Both the position numbers and the translations under genes were made by a program. Positions 47,700 through 61,568 of a stretch of DNA of 64,000 bases are shown piece by piece (position 1 is the first letter of the stretch; the number at the start of each line of letters is the position of its first letter). The notes below the pieces were generated by a model, which saw only the letters and a list, made by a program, of their open reading frames with translations, did not search any database and was not told the origin of the DNA. The stretch covers positions 56,792,001 through 56,856,000 of the forward strand of contig OZ320315.1 in assembly GCA_976226885.1 (NCBI GenBank), in the 5' to 3' direction. Source of the stretch: Iphione sp. A-MEVVRFRX5. Lineage: Eukaryota.

Positions 47700-50600
47700 T
47701 GGGACCCCATTTACTATGAACCCAAGCTCTCTCCATAAGCGAAGTTTTATTGTGTTTGGTGTGCTAGTAATGGGAAGGGGGGGGGATGGAATACCGACAA
47801 AACGGAATACTGAAGGGTTACTGTATATGTATATATGTTCAGGTAATTGTGGGAATTTTAGGGGTATATTTTTACTTGGAGATTGGTATTTCTTGAATAA
47901 AACATCAAAAAGTTTCCATTTGATTAATGACTTTCTTATCCATAGTGGTAGTATAAAGATGATAAGGGTTCCAACCAGGGTCACCAGTCATTCGAAGCCA
48001 ATTATTGACCTAGTACTTACCAATGGTGCTGTAATTATACGGAGAATCAGTGTAAAAGATGCCCCTTTTACTGACCACAAGGCAATAGTATGCAATCTAA
48101 GCAAAAGAAACATTAGAGAGAGGTTATGGCGAGTCAGTGAGATCACATAGTAAACGTGACAGGGAGAGCTTTGTGAAGTAATTTCGTCAATTCGATCATT
48201 GAGTGATATTAGAGTAATAATTAATTTGGAGTGGGAGATTTAAAGAGGCATATCAAAGGACTTTATGACATCTACAATTTCTTCAGCGAGTGGAGGTGAG
48301 AGGTGAAATGGCTCCCTGGCTGAGTACCTGAGTAATGCAACAGATTAGGGACAGGAATTCTTTTTCATCATCATTGGGTGCCATCTTCATCACGAAGGTT
48401 GGCTGCCATGATCCTCCAGCTTCTGCGATCTTGTGCCTTCCTAATCAGGTCGTCATATTTCTTTATTCCACTCCATTCCATTATGTTGTTAATCCATTCT
48501 GCCCTAGGTCTTCCTCTACCTCGTTTTCCATTCACCTTCCCTTCCAGCAGCAGTCTCTGTATGTTGTTTCTTCTAACCATATGTCCGAAGTATACTAGTT
48601 TCCTCTTTTTTACAGTGGTCAATATGTAGGGCTTCTCTTGAATCATGTTTAAGACCTCCTCATTTTTGACTTTTTGTGTCCAAGATATTTTCATGATTTT
48701 TCTATACACCCACATTTCAAATGCTTGTAGTTTCTTTATACTGTTTTGGCTGATAGTCCAAGTCTCACTTCCATATAGCAGTGTGGTCCACACATAGCAC
48801 ATGGTAATTCGTTTTCTTGTAGCTATGCTTATATTACGGGATGTTAATGTATTAGCCATGTTATTAAAAGCACCTCTTGCTATTTCTATTCTTCTCATTA
48901 TTTCAGCATCACATTTGCCATCATCAGTGATCAGTTGTCCCAAGTATACAAAAGATTTAACCTGTTGAACGTCAGAACCATCTATTTCTATGTTCAATGA
49001 TGTGTTGTTATTCTTGGAGATTAGCATACTTTTGGTCTTCTTGGCATTCATTTTCATACCGAAATTCATTCCTTTGGTGTTGGCATCATTTAATATTTGT
49101 TGTAGTTCTTGTTCACTTTCAGCAAGCAGTACTGTGTCATCTGCATATCTTAAGTTGTTGACTACTCTTCCACCAATGTTTATTCCTTTTTCTTTGTCTA
49201 TACACCTAAAGATGTTTTCTGTATATAGATTGAAAAGAGAAGGTGACAGTACACAACCCTGACGTACTCCTCTTTTGATATTTATTTCTGGTGACAATCC
49301 TTCTTCAGTTTTTATGTAGGCTTTCTGGTTCCAGTAGAGATTTCTTATCAATTTGATATCTTGCCCATCCATGTCTACCTGATGCAAGCACTTAATCATC
49401 TTCTCATGGTTCACCCGATCAAACGCTTTCTCATAGTCTATGAAACATAGATAAAGGTCCTTGTTGTGGTTCATATATTGTTCTATTATGGTACGCAGGT
49501 TGAAGATACCTTCTCTTGTTCCCTTGCCTGTGATAAATCCACTCTGGGCTTCATCAATTTCATTTTCTATGGTTTTTCTATTTCTTTGTAGGATGACTTT
49601 CAGAATAACTTTCAGCATATGGCTCATCAGACTTAATGTTCTATAGTCAGAGCAATTCACCGCTTTAGCTTTCTTAGGTATTCTTATAAATACTGATTCA
49701 TTCATGTCAGGTGGTATGAAACCTGAATTGTAGATCATATTGCATAGTTCTGTAATCTTCTTTACACCTTTGTCATCAAGTGCCTGTAGCATCTCAGTAG
49801 TAATGTCATCTTTTCCACTTGCTTTACCTGGTCTCATATTTTTTATAACATTCACAACCTCAGCAGTGTTATGTCACATCCAGTGTTTTTGTCTATGTCT
49901 GGTGTTTCACCTCTCTCATCGTAATATAGCTCATTAACATACTGAACCCATCGTGTTGCAATCTCCTCATTATTAAAAAGCATGTTTCCATCTTTATCAT
50001 TTATGCAGCTACTTCCGCTTTTACTTTTTGTCTTTTTTGTTATTTCTTTTATCTTCTTGTGCATCTCTTTAGATTTATGGCTTTTGTCTAGGTCTTCAAT
50101 TTCTTTGCATTTTTCTTGCCACCATGCTTCTTTTGCCATCTTGCACATGTGTTTGACTTTCTTATCTTTTTCTTTATAGTCAGCAGTTCCTTTATGTTTC
50201 TTTCTTTCTATCATTTCTTCCAAGATTTCATCAGTCATCCATACCTTTTTCTTTTCTCTTCTCTTTTTAGGTAGTATTGTTCTTGCTGATTGTATTAGTG
50301 TCTCTTTCACTGTTTTCCACAATGATTCAATTTCATCTTCAGTCTGTGTGTCTCCTTCCACATTCAGCATTTCAAACCGGTTGGTCACTTCTACACCATA
50401 GTTGGGGGACTGGTTGTATCAATATGGTGTTTGACCTGGGAAATTGACAGACCAGGCGATCAGTGCCTTGCTGCATAAGCTACATGGGGGCTCAATGCTG
50501 GTAAACATGTCTATAGAGTTTTTATAGACGTTATGAAGACTTTTAACTCTGTGGGCGATAGCACCTTATTACAAAGGATTATAAAGCTGGGTATATCAAA

Positions 50601-51060
50601 TAATAAAGTAGAATAGATCAAGGACTACCTATTAGGTAGACAACATGTGGGGGTAAGTAGTGGCAAGGAGTCTACAGCAAGGAAGATGACATGTAGGCTA
50701 CTGCAGGGTTCCATTTTAGGACCCCTAGTCTACCTTATCTTTATAAATAGCTTGCCCAGTTATTTGTGGGACATAGCATGCATAATGTGTGCAGACAACG
50801 TTAGTCTGTTAGTGGTGGAAGCCAATTAAGAAGTTCAACTCATAGAAAGGGTCAGGCAGAGTGATAGGAGAGTGGTGGCTTGGTCCACAGAAAAAAAGAT
50901 TCAAATTAATCCCGATAAAATTGATTGTATTCATTGCAGTTATAACAGGAGGAGAGCATAAATTTAGGGGATTTCAATGTTAAGTTGGTTAGGTCTACCA
51001 CTTATTTAGGCATGGCGATTGAGAGGAATTTAACCATGGCTGGCAATCATGTGGTGTTGG
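47700..51060 (+). mobile_element. Decayed CR1/L2-like LINE interrupted by an RTE insertion
   Basis: APE C-terminal motifs (PTRVT..IIDLVLTN..TDH) at 47716-48150; RT remnants at 50500-50830 (FIDVMKTFNSV, QGSILGPLVYLIFIN, ADN). Confidence 0.8.
48362..50400 (-). mobile_element. RTE-clade LINE, 5'-truncated, with a single frameshift
   Basis: ORFs 49852-50388 (EVTNRFE..) and 48371-49855 (FIDYEKAFD, GVRQGCVLSP, YADD), joined by one frameshift near 49868; (TGA)n 3' tail. Confidence 0.92.
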
Positions 51061-52059
51061 TCAGGAAGATTTTACGTTTCCAATGCTCCCTCTATCACAC
51101 ACTTCAGATGAAGTCATTGTCAGGTCTGAGTCCTTTATAGAGAGCTTGGAGACTGCCCACAACTGATCATATAAATGGGAATACCTGTTCCTCGAGTCCC
51201 TGTAGGTACCATCCTGTGTCGATTTTTTGGGATCAAATGAAAGACTACCCACCAGTGATGGCCTTATTGTGTATACAAGTGTCTGTCCTTGTACTGTCCT
51301 AGTCTGAGGGTGCTATTAATATGTCTTGTTAGGCAGAGTCACTGGTACTTAGGTAGAGGAGAGGCCTTATAATACACGCAGGCTACAGTCTCCAACCCTG
51401 GCAATATTACCAGTGAATTTCTTGGTAGCTGTATCTCTCAGTACAGGGAGAAGGGGGTTAATTAACGCTAGAGGCCAAAGGGCCCTTAATGTCAGTTGTT
51501 AAAGTTTATCAAAGGTAATGATCAGACAGAAGTCCAATGAATGCAGTTTTGATCTTTTATTGAAGACAACACAAAAGAAACCCAGTAGGTGAATGCCTCC
51601 AATGTGACAGTTTGCACAAACTGAGTTAATGTGGTACAGTCTGTAGATGTACATTGTGGGACTCCTGATGGGTCTTCCTAAATGTTTAAGTACAAATACC
51701 TTAGTAAACATCACCTGCAGTAGCTATTATTAAGACAGGGTTCATGTAGCAGACCTCTAGCTGGGAGAATCCAAGTGTAAATATATGTGGAATGTCCACT
51801 CACACAGTCGAAAATGCCCTGGTTAATACTCCATATGAGAGATCACAATACAAGGTCTATGCAAGGTCAAAGTCTGCTTTCTCATCTCATTTCAGTCTGC
51901 AAAGGTCTCTAAATGAGTGAATCAACAAGAATACCCCCCTGGACCCCAAGCTACTTATATACCTGCTGGCTTATTTGTCCAGCATCTATTTTTAGCCTTA
52001 AACCAGCTTAGACCTTAAAGTGTAAGGTTTGTTTATTTATAGCCTCTGTTCTATTAATG

Positions 52060-52330
52060 ACCATAATCTATTTTCAGTCTAGAGTCAATTTTTATCTCAG
52101 GACTATTTTTAGACCCATATCTATTTTTAGCCTGGCCTATTTTTGCATCAGGATCTAATTTTAGACCGAGATCTATTTTTAGCCCAAGGGCTAATTTAGT
52201 TCAGGATTTAATTTTAGACCAAAAATCTACTTTTAACCTGAGTCTATTTTTAGACAGGTCTATTTTTAGACCAAAATCTGTTTTTGAACTGGGGCTTCTT
52301 AGACCAGGATCTATTTTGAGCACAGCTCCA
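52060..52330 (+). repeat. Degenerate 15-20 bp tandem array (tctatttttagacc)
   Basis: More than 10 imperfect copies; probably part of an LTR-like segment at 51490-52400. Confidence 0.7.
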
Positions 52331-52729
52331 CTTTTGGATTTCAAGATGTAAGTCTGGTGGTGCTATCCAAGCTCTATCCTATTTTCAACCCAGGCTACAA
52401 GGGATGAGGACTATGTGATATCCTTGCAGGGAGGGTGTGGCCTGCCTAGTGTCATTACTGAGTTATCTGGAGGAGTTGATAACCTCACAAAGAACTTAGG
52501 TAAGTACTTTGTAAAGAGCTGGCCTAAAGATTATGGCAACAATTGGGCCGTCTAGTGATGATAGAAGGCCTTCTTCAGAGAAAAGGAGAAGAAGACCTCA
52601 ATTCCACAGATTTTTTTTGATGCAGATAGTGCCGCTGGGCTTCCATCGACAGAAGGCTATCAAGGAAGTTCATCAGGGATGGGAAAGAATCATTTAAGGG
52701 CTGACAGGAATACCACTCCTGTGTTATTG

Positions 52730-53720
52730 GCCTATTTCTGGCCAGAAACGCCGAAGGATGTTAAGGAGCGTTTGCACTCACTGTCAGTGCGTCTTCTAAC
52801 CCATTTCAACACCAAACACCCCTGAAGACCCACATACCTGGAACCTATGAAGAGGTGATCAGTGGATGTGGCCAGACCGTTTCCCCACACCTGGAGAGGA
52901 TGTGTTTGTTTTTGAACGTCAGGGACCACTTTATTAAGTGATTAGAGGCCTTTCCTTTCCCAGATCAGAAGGCCATTTGTGTGCCTATGATCTTGTTAGA
53001 AGAGGTGATTGCCAGATATGTTTGCTTTATGGAACTCCATAGTGACCAGAGGAGTAACTTTCACAGTGAGATGGCCTCAGTGCTATGCGAACTACTGGAA
53101 CTTAAGAGGACCAGCACTGCTTCCCGTCACCAGCATAGGGAGGGGTTTGTAGAGCACAGCTTTTGCACTGTAGGTATAATGATCAACGTCACGGTGCATA
53201 ATGAATAGGATAAAGCCCTTCTGATATTGATCATGACCTACCAGTCAAGCCCCAAGCTAGTATGGGGTTTACTCCAAATTACCTGATGCTTGGGCAGAAC
53301 GCAGTATAAGGTATATGCCGTGGAGGGATTGCCCAATAGGTGGCAGGAGGGAAAATCTGTGCCTATATTGGGTGATGCAAAATCTGCAAGATGGCCTGCA
53401 GGCCACTTACAGGACTGTTCACCAATGCTGAAAAAACTGCAATGACCTAGACATGGGGTTACAATCATCAGGTAAAAAGGAAGCCCCTTGGGGCTGGTGA
53501 CCTGGTGTTGGTGCATGAAACTAAACCCCCCAGGGGAACAAGTGCAAAAGTGTTGGACCTGGAATGATTGGTCCTTATGCGATTAACAAAGTCGAGGCCA
53601 AACGTGGTGCACTGGAATTGGTTGTATCTCTGCCTGTACCAGCAGCACATACCACATTTGCTGGTTGGTTGGCAGAAGTGAATGATGGTCACATAGGGAG
53701 CCCAACAATTCCATAGAACA
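52730..53720 (+). pseudogene. Decayed Gypsy integrase
   Basis: W....DV....C zinc-binding remnant, VDVARPFP, ELHSDQRSNFHSE..LLELKRTSTASRHQ..EGFVE. Confidence 0.85.
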
Positions 53721-53819
53721 AAACAGACGGCTTGGTTGGCCTGAAAGAGGGAGATTGGACATCTCAAGGTAATAGGACCTGAAATTTCCATGAGGTTCCA
53801 AAAGTTCCTGAGGAGAGAG

Positions 53820-54290
53820 AGTAAACATCCCTGGGTTCGAGACCTGAAAGTTTCATGGATGGAGGTTGTACATCCCTGGGAAGGGGACTCAAAAGTTTCA
53901 ACCAGGACACTCTAGAGCCATGGGCTCAGGTGTTAAGAGAGCAAACGAGGGAGGATGGTCATCCAGGGCAAAGAGATGCAGAGATGGGGATCAGGGTGCA
54001 CTGGCCAGAGCAAGGAGGGCATCCTGGAACTTTCGGACCCTTATAGCTCCATGAAGGGAGGCCGAACATCCCTGGGTTTGGGAGCCGAAAGTCCATGAAC
54101 AGGGAGGATAGACAACCTTGGATTTACGACCCAAAAAAGAAGTTCCACAATTGGGTATCACAAGGATGGGGACCTGGATTGCTCTGAACGGGGAGGATGG
54201 ATATTCCTGGGTATGGGACTCAAAGGTGGCAAGGAGGGAGCATGGACATCCCTGGGTGTAGGGTCCAAGTGTTCCATGCGCAGGAGTATC
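53820..54290 (+). repeat. About 45-bp degenerate tandem repeats (acatccctgggt core)
   Basis: About 9-10 units; the plus frame repeatedly reads HPW. Confidence 0.7.
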
Positions 54291-56739
54291 ATTACCATCA
54301 CAACAGTGGTAGTGCCAGCCCAAGCAGGGCTTAGTCCTCTTGGAGCCAAGTGAGGCAGGTCCTCTTCTCACCTTCCCCCAATACTCTCAGATCAGAAAGG
54401 GGGTCGACAAGAACCACATATATTAGAACTACGTGATGTTTAGACCAGTTATAACTAGATAATAGTATTAATACCACTGATATTGTGATGCTGGGAATGA
54501 GAAAATGGAAGGACTATAATGGAATATTTATTACAGAAGTAAACAAATTGAAGACGCTGAGCATGTAACAAGTATCACCTTAATCCTAGGGCTTGTCCTT
54601 ATCTCCCCACCGAAGTGAATGGTACTATGCAGCCAGAGTGGGGGCTCTAAGACATTTAGCTGGGACATGCCCAGGAGAAGGCACAGCACTGTCTGTGGAG
54701 GTGAAGATAAAAGTCTGTGATGATGGAGAAATTGGGGAATTATGGGTCAGCATGTCCATTCCCGACAGATCTTGATGCAACCCCCAAGAACCTAAACATC
54801 TAGAGGTAATGGAGGAGGGACTTTTCCTGCCATAATATGAAGGATTGGATGGTCTGTCCTGATCTAGCATCGACCAGTCGCATGACTGACTGACAGTGGG
54901 TGAGGTCAGATGGGCTGGTACCTCTGGGGTCATGCCAAGTATAGGCTGTATGGTCACTTCAACAGTGTGCTCCAGGCCATACAATATGATGTGACCTGTG
55001 GCAAGGATAGAGAGGGGCATAATCGATAACAAAAAAAAAGAGGCAAAAAATCTGAATGAAGGGTCCAGGAGCTGACGTGTATACGGCTGTGTAGTAGGGA
55101 TCCCAGGCATAGTTCCTGTAGAAAAAGGAGGACAGGGGAAAAGGGATTTAGGAGAAGAAAGAAAAAAGATCAATTGTCAACTAGAAGAGGAGATCGTAGG
55201 TAAAGATTATACTCACAACAGATCTGGAGAAGCCTGGGCCACTTCTGCGTGGGGGTGATATCCCTGGATATTTACTGTAAGGAAGAGGATGAACAGTGCT
55301 TGAATCCTCATGGAAGCTAAATCAGAAAGAAGAGTGTGGCAGTGAGATGGGAATCAAATCAATAGCACAATGGAAGGACTGCAAGAGTACTCACTAATGG
55401 TTGGGTCGATGCAGGAGGGGTCGTAGCACCCCCATAGGGAGGGCGTGGGATCATGAAGCCTATGTTAGAATCAAAGGAAGTCTGGAAAAAGGGGCGTGGG
55501 ATCCTTTATTATAGACAGCAGCTATCCTGCCCATGGTACCATGGGGGCCAAAAGTTTGGGCAAGGGACTGAGGGGAAAAGGTTACATTATTGTGGACGGG
55601 GAAACATGGCATCACCGGGAAGGTTGTTTACAAATATGATTGGCTCCTTTTCGAAAAGTTTCGAGGATCCCCAACTATATGGTACCATGGAGTTAAGTCA
55701 AAGAACTGACTGGGTAAGGCCAAGTAACATGTAGATACAATGTAATGGTGCTAGAACTGTATCATCACAGAATGAGCTAATTGGACAGAAATGGCCGAAC
55801 AGTCTATGAGCGTCCAAGTAAGGATGCGATGGTGGCAACCTTAAAAGATGGGGCGTTGTTCCGATTGGGCAAAGATCACTCTGGAAGGTCATCCAGTGTA
55901 GGCCCGGGAACCACAGGACCCACTGTAGCTGCCTTGGGGCAGACTGGGGAGCTAGGGTTGGTTGTCATAAAAAGTCAGCAATGTCCGGTGAACCACAGAA
56001 ATGTAATTGATAATGCGTCACAAATCATTACTCACTAGGTTGTCAGGGCACCTCGGTGAGATCAGACAGGTATAAGAGGAATTGTCGGGGCACCACAGAA
56101 AGATCGTTCATTCTTGAGACAGGCCTAGACGAAGACTCGGCGTGGCACCAACGAAAGGTCGAACCTGAGTCACCACAAGGCCAATTGACTGAGACTGTTT
56201 ACCGTGCTACCGCCACCTTATTTTCTGCCAAACAATGCGGGTGTAGCCCCAGGAGTGGTCCTCTATGACAGTTCTGATGGCTAGCGTCCTTTTGGGGAAG
56301 GCCACTGTATGAGAGGCCAGAGATCCCTGCCTTGAACTGTGGAGCACTCCAGCTAGGCGGCAGCAGACATTAGGCCAGTAGAGGCAGTAGGCTGAGGAGC
56401 ACAGGCACCAACAGGGGGCAAACGATGTAACAGTCTTTAGTCTGGTTCAGGCCTTGCCACCCTGCCAGTTGAGGGTAAATGATATGACCGTATGGGAAGT
56501 GGACATAGTCTGGTGATCCCAGACTGTAAAAGTAAGGCTGGACGGTTTTAGTCATGTGCCCCTGAGTGGATGGAAAGTGTGATCAGATTCATAAACATGT
56601 ATCTAATCCAAAGTAGTTTTTTCTAAGGGAGACAGGAATAACCAGATGAGGTTCGTGATTGTCCCTTGTAACCCTGATTGTGTCCATAATTCTGCTGTAC
56701 AACCCAGATGGTGTTCCTGATTGTCATACACAGCCCTAG

Positions 56740-57010
56740 CGGTAGCACCTGGAGAGGTATGGGGACATCTGAGAGTGACAGGAGGGATACCAAGGACCGG
56801 GGTAGAACCTGGAGAGGTTTGGGAGCGACAGGAGGACTGCCAAGAATGGGGAGCACCTGGAGAGGTGTGGGGACTTCTCAGAGTGACAGGAGGACTGTCA
56901 AGGACGGGGGTAGTATCTGGATAGGTGTGGGGACCTCTGAGAGTGACAGAAGGACTGCTAAGGACGGTATAGCACCTAGAGAGGTGTGAGGACGTCTGAG
57001 AGTGATAAGA
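56740..57010 (+). repeat. About 60-bp tandem repeats, 4-5 copies
   Basis: cacctggagaggtgtggggacctctgagagtgacaggaggactg...; translates as repeated GSTWRGVGTSESDRRT. Confidence 0.8.
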
Positions 57011-57144
57011 AAAGGGGGGTTTTGGGAGGCCTTCCCCACATTACTAAATTCATAAACGTATATTTAAAAGAAAAGTGAAAGGTCTGACCATAGTATTGCT
57101 TTAACCCTGAAATGAATGAAAGGACCATGCTAGCATTCATGTAC

Positions 57145-57242
57145 AGCCACAGTGGTCCAGTGGGTAAGAGTGCCAGCATTCATTAGGGGGAATGTGTTGA
57201 GCAACAGGTTGAAACCCTGCCCAGACCTAGTGCAAGCTTTTT
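57145..57242 (+). mobile_element. tRNA-like SINE head
   Basis: A-box-like TGGTCCAGTGG, B-box-like GGTTGAAACCC, followed by a T-run. Confidence 0.4.
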
Positions 57243-58280
57243 AAAAAAATGTTCTAAAAATATTCTAGAAAACGTTCTAAAAACCTTTTCCAATTAGGTT
57301 ATTAAACACGCAAACTTTCATTTACAACGTTTTAACAAAGTTTTACAGTGTTTAAACCGTTTCTGTGCTAGATGTAAGTTACAGTTATAAGTTACAGTGT
57401 TGCAAAGCTCCTGCTCAATGATTTACCACGTGTACTGGAGGAGTTACTCTGTATCTTTCTGCTAGCTTTTCATAGGTCAGATACATTCCATTGGAGATTT
57501 ATATAACTACTTGGTATCTTTTTATTCTATAGTCCATTTTTATTGGTTACAACTGGTATTGATCATGTGACCGTACTACAGATTCAAATATAGGTCTTGT
57601 GTGGCCAATAAATTGACCTGAAAGTAGGACTGATTCTGGAATGTGTTTATTACAACCCACATATTATGGTATCCTTGAAACATAGCAGGTGGTATTAAAA
57701 CAACCGGGACTAGAGACAGGAAGCAGTGACACCACCAGGAGGGGCAAGACTCCATGACATACATGTAGAGTATACTTGTACTTTTCAATTTCATAAGGCC
57801 TCCTCAAGCTGAGCCTACGCTTTCACAGTCCCCACCCTGCTTTGCAGGCGAGTTTTCCATCTTCAACCCCTGTCTTGCTGGTATCTTATTTAAGGAGAAA
57901 AAGACTGACTACTGGCCAATTTGCGAAGTAAATATCTGATTAGCGAAAAATTAGAATGTAGTTCTAACTGTACCAGATCACTATTGTATCTTATTCAAAA
58001 CATGAACAAGACCTAGTTTATTTATGTGTGGAAACCAGGTATGTAGCATACTTGCACAGGATTATATAGAAAAGTAGCTAAGTGCGATCGGAATGTCACG
58101 TCTTTGTTTAAAGCAATGAGAGGGGAAAGAATATACATGTATGTATGTTAGTATAAATCTAGTGATCGCATTTTCTCATATTCCCACGACCAGAACATAC
58201 GTTACCGGAACACACAAGCACAGCACTAGTTATGGGTCTGTTTAAGTCTACTACTATTTCATTACGCCTTTCACATTGCA

Positions 58281-58900
58281 ATGGATGGAATAGTCTCAGT
58301 ACTACCCACCAGGACCTATGGGACATTATATGCCGATGACCTAATGGTCCTTTGTCATGCTGGAGATTTACTACAGTTGAGATCTGTGGCTCAACTGGCT
58401 ATCAACAATTTTTCTGCATGGTGCACAGAAAATGTTAAATGTTTTTCTGTTAAACGAAACCAAAGGTCTATACATGCCTCTGGCCAGGGCCGTGGGGCTA
58501 GACCTGGACCTCAGCCTCAACGGGGTGAACCTTCAGGCTACTACAAGTCTGTCACTGCTTGGGTATACCATTGATGTTAGGCTGTGTTTTCGCGAAAGTC
58601 TGAAGCAGCTAAAAAAGAGATTTTTGGGCATCTCACTGAGACTGAGTAGATTGAAGAAGCTGCTCCCAATAGGAGTAAGTGCCACATTTTTCAAAGTTTT
58701 AGTCATCAGTCTCCTGCATTATCATGCTATCCTCTACTTCAGAGCTAAGCATAGAGGCCTGTGTGACTTGCAGGTGCATGTCAACTGTTGTTCAAGGATC
58801 GCCATCCAGGTTGGGGACTTTCTTAGCGCAAGGCATATGAGAGAGATCTTACGGATAGACTGAGTGGACAACATTGTAAAGTGACATGGTAACAGGGTGA
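58281..58900 (+). pseudogene. LINE RT C-terminal fragment (I/Jockey-like group), frameshifted
   Basis: TLYADDLMVL...WCTEN and then LLGYTIDVRLCF in the adjacent frame. Confidence 0.8.
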
Positions 58901-59539
58901 TCCATTGCCTCATGTGACTAGGTTGTCTGAAGCTTGCCCCACATACCAAGACAAGGGTAGGGGCACAGGGTGTCAATGGCTTGGTACAAAAACCCCCAAA
59001 GCAAGGCCTCTGCCAGAAGTCTTTCTTATCATGGTATTGTGGACTGGAGTGCCCTTGATCCTGTCCTGAAAAGCAGTGAGAAGCTGCCTGCAGCACTCCT
59101 AAACCTATCCCTGTAACCGTGAATCAGGAAGGGGACTATGACTACATGACTGTAAACTACCTCTTGACAGTCATGAAACTTAAAACCTGGATTAACAATG
59201 AATACTTTACTTGCGAAATATTTCTCGTACTTTGCACTATACATTATACCAACTGTAAATAATCTGAATTTGATGTTCTAAAATGGTTCGGCATGACTGT
59301 TGTATCTTTTCAATGTCTAAGAAACGTATTGAAACCTGGGACTAATCACGGCATTAATATTCATTTGAGCAGAAAGTGTTACCTCATTGGGTAAGGGGAA
59401 GCAATCAATATTCATAGCATTTCCTTAAATCTGATTGGACCAGAGAGGTCACATGACACTAAGATGGCGGTTTGTTTTGAAAATGAGAGGAAGCAGCTGT
59501 GGCAGTGGAAACGTTGCTGTGTAGGAGTCAAATTAGTTC

Positions 59540-59820
59540 CCAAAAGATGGAATATGATAGATTTAAGCTCTGTAAAAGGTTAGTATTAATCAAAATCAGA
59601 TCAGAACCGAGTTTAATGGCTTCATTTCAGTATGAGGCAAGGTTTAGACACTCTCCCCTTGGGCTGTGCACTGAGCTCATTCAAAATGGTGCTGGAGCTA
59701 AACATGCCGCATAGCAGCTGAAATCTTTCGAAAATGATAGAATATGATGCATTTAAGCCCTGTAAGAGCTTGTAAGAGGTTAGTAATAATCAAAACCATA
59801 TCAGAACCGAGTTTAACAAT
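59540..59820 (+). repeat. Imperfect direct duplication, about 200-bp period
   Basis: gaatatgat..atttaag..tgtaa..ggttagta.taatcaaa..atcagaaccgagtttaa occurs twice. Confidence 0.6.
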
Positions 59821-60952
59821 TTCTTTTCTGGACTAGTCCAGGTTTAAACACTCAGGCCTCAGGCTGGGACTATCGCCCCAGCCCTTGGCCTATCCTGTCA
59901 AAACCTGCAGACTAGTCCCTCAATTCCATCGCTAAATCTTCCTGTTGCAATTTATTCAGGTCATCACTATAAGTCATTATTCTGCTGTAACACTCCTTAA
60001 TGCCTGAAGCTTTTTGTCATTCTGCTGCCTTATTCAAGTTAGTCTACCCCCAAAATTGTGGACTAATAGCTCTGTATCACGGAGATGCTCAATTAAAATA
60101 TTTTCGTTGTTATTCTTATGACAAAATTATTTCTGGTGAGTATGTAAATATATATGTGTAAATACATAAACCTAAGGCGAATTTTTCTTAAGGAATAGTT
60201 CGTGTACACTCTAAAATAAGACAAATATAGGGGTTGATTGGTAGCTGATGCATGGGACCGCCACATGGCAAACACTGGTATGCTGAAATTTGGCCTCCAG
60301 GAGGTATATCTAAAGGTTTTCCTATGTTCTGAAAAAAAACTACTCTACTAAAATCAGAACTAATGCTTGGATTGTTTTGACCTTATAGATCAAGATCTTT
60401 GAAATGCTTATAAAAATTATTCTGCCTCGCCTTCATTCAATCCTTCGTTAGAGAAAATCACACACATATAATATCAAAATCCAACAATCAAAAGATGCTT
60501 TTCCTCATTGAAATGAGCTCTCTGAGCTTCATACCCAATCAATTGGGAATGAGTAACAAGGAATTACCTAGCAACTTAATTGAGCCCAGTAGAGTAACCC
60601 GTTTTCGCTAGTACACATATATTATGTGTTACAGACTGCAAATAAATCAAACCAAGTGTTGACATTGGCAACAAAATTAGTAAACAGTAATGGCGGTGTA
60701 GTGGTGAAACGTGAGAAGCCAAAACTGGCGGATCATTGAAGATGTGTTTGTGGAACCTATAAACATGAAAATAGAGCACAGAAGCCTACCATTTTTGGTA
60801 ATTTCTGAGAAATTGACCGTCGCTTTCTCACACTGAGTGATAATAGGGAGCCACATGCCAGTTAACCCTCAATAGACCTGAGCGCACAAAAGGTCATAAG
60901 TGAACCCATTTTATACTGGTATCCGTATATTTTGTGATATTGTCTGGTGAAA

Positions 60953-61522
60953 ATGGCAAGTGCTACAGATACCCAAGTGCAAGCAAAGGGCCATAAACGT
61001 GATTACACCAGCCCAAGGGAGAACATAAACAAGCAGCAGGTCGTTGAAGGGGAGGGAGGTAAGCCTATAGGAGAGGGACAAGGACTCGATGCCACTAATG
61101 CTCTGACTTCCGCCTTTCAGGAGCGGAACCATGTCATGCACAAGAAAATAGATAAAATGTTGGCAGCCTGTAACAAAAATATTTCAAGACTGTCTGATAT
61201 GTGCAGCACCCATACTAAGGATATTGTTGGCATACAGAGTGATTTGGTTATTGTCAAGCATAAAATCTCTGAACTTGAAGCAGCACGCTTGAAGCTTGAG
61301 AGTGAAGTGATGCTTTCAAAAGTAAGGTCGAATCAAAATGACAAATTAGTGGAAAGATATGAATATTTGGAAAGGATAGTAAAGCAAAACAACATATTTA
61401 TTGACCGTTTACCAGAAAGTGCAAACCTAAATGCCATAACAGAGGTGTGTGCCCTTTTCAAAAGCTTGAAAGCTTACCCTTCCCCTTTAGTGGTACTCAA
61501 AAGGATCACTTACTTATGCTAA
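60953..61522 (+). pseudogene. L1-ORF1-like protein (coiled coil + start of RRM), truncated
   Basis: ATG at 60953, N-terminal KR..SP, heptad-rich region, KQNNIFIDRLPE (RxxNxxIxGxPE motif); stops early. Confidence 0.7.
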
Positions 61523-61568
61523 GTTCATTTGTTTATTAAACTTTAAATATGTTATTTGATTATTTGTC

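Noticed and set aside
54400-56700. Decayed second Ngaro/DIRS-like element on the minus strand
   Set aside because: Only vague hints (TDS-like RNase H remnant, GF motifs); no YxDD or YR motif could be recovered, so it was left uncalled.
57145-57242. Functional tRNA gene
   Set aside because: A and B boxes are present but no convincing cloverleaf or anticodon arm; treated as a SINE-like head.
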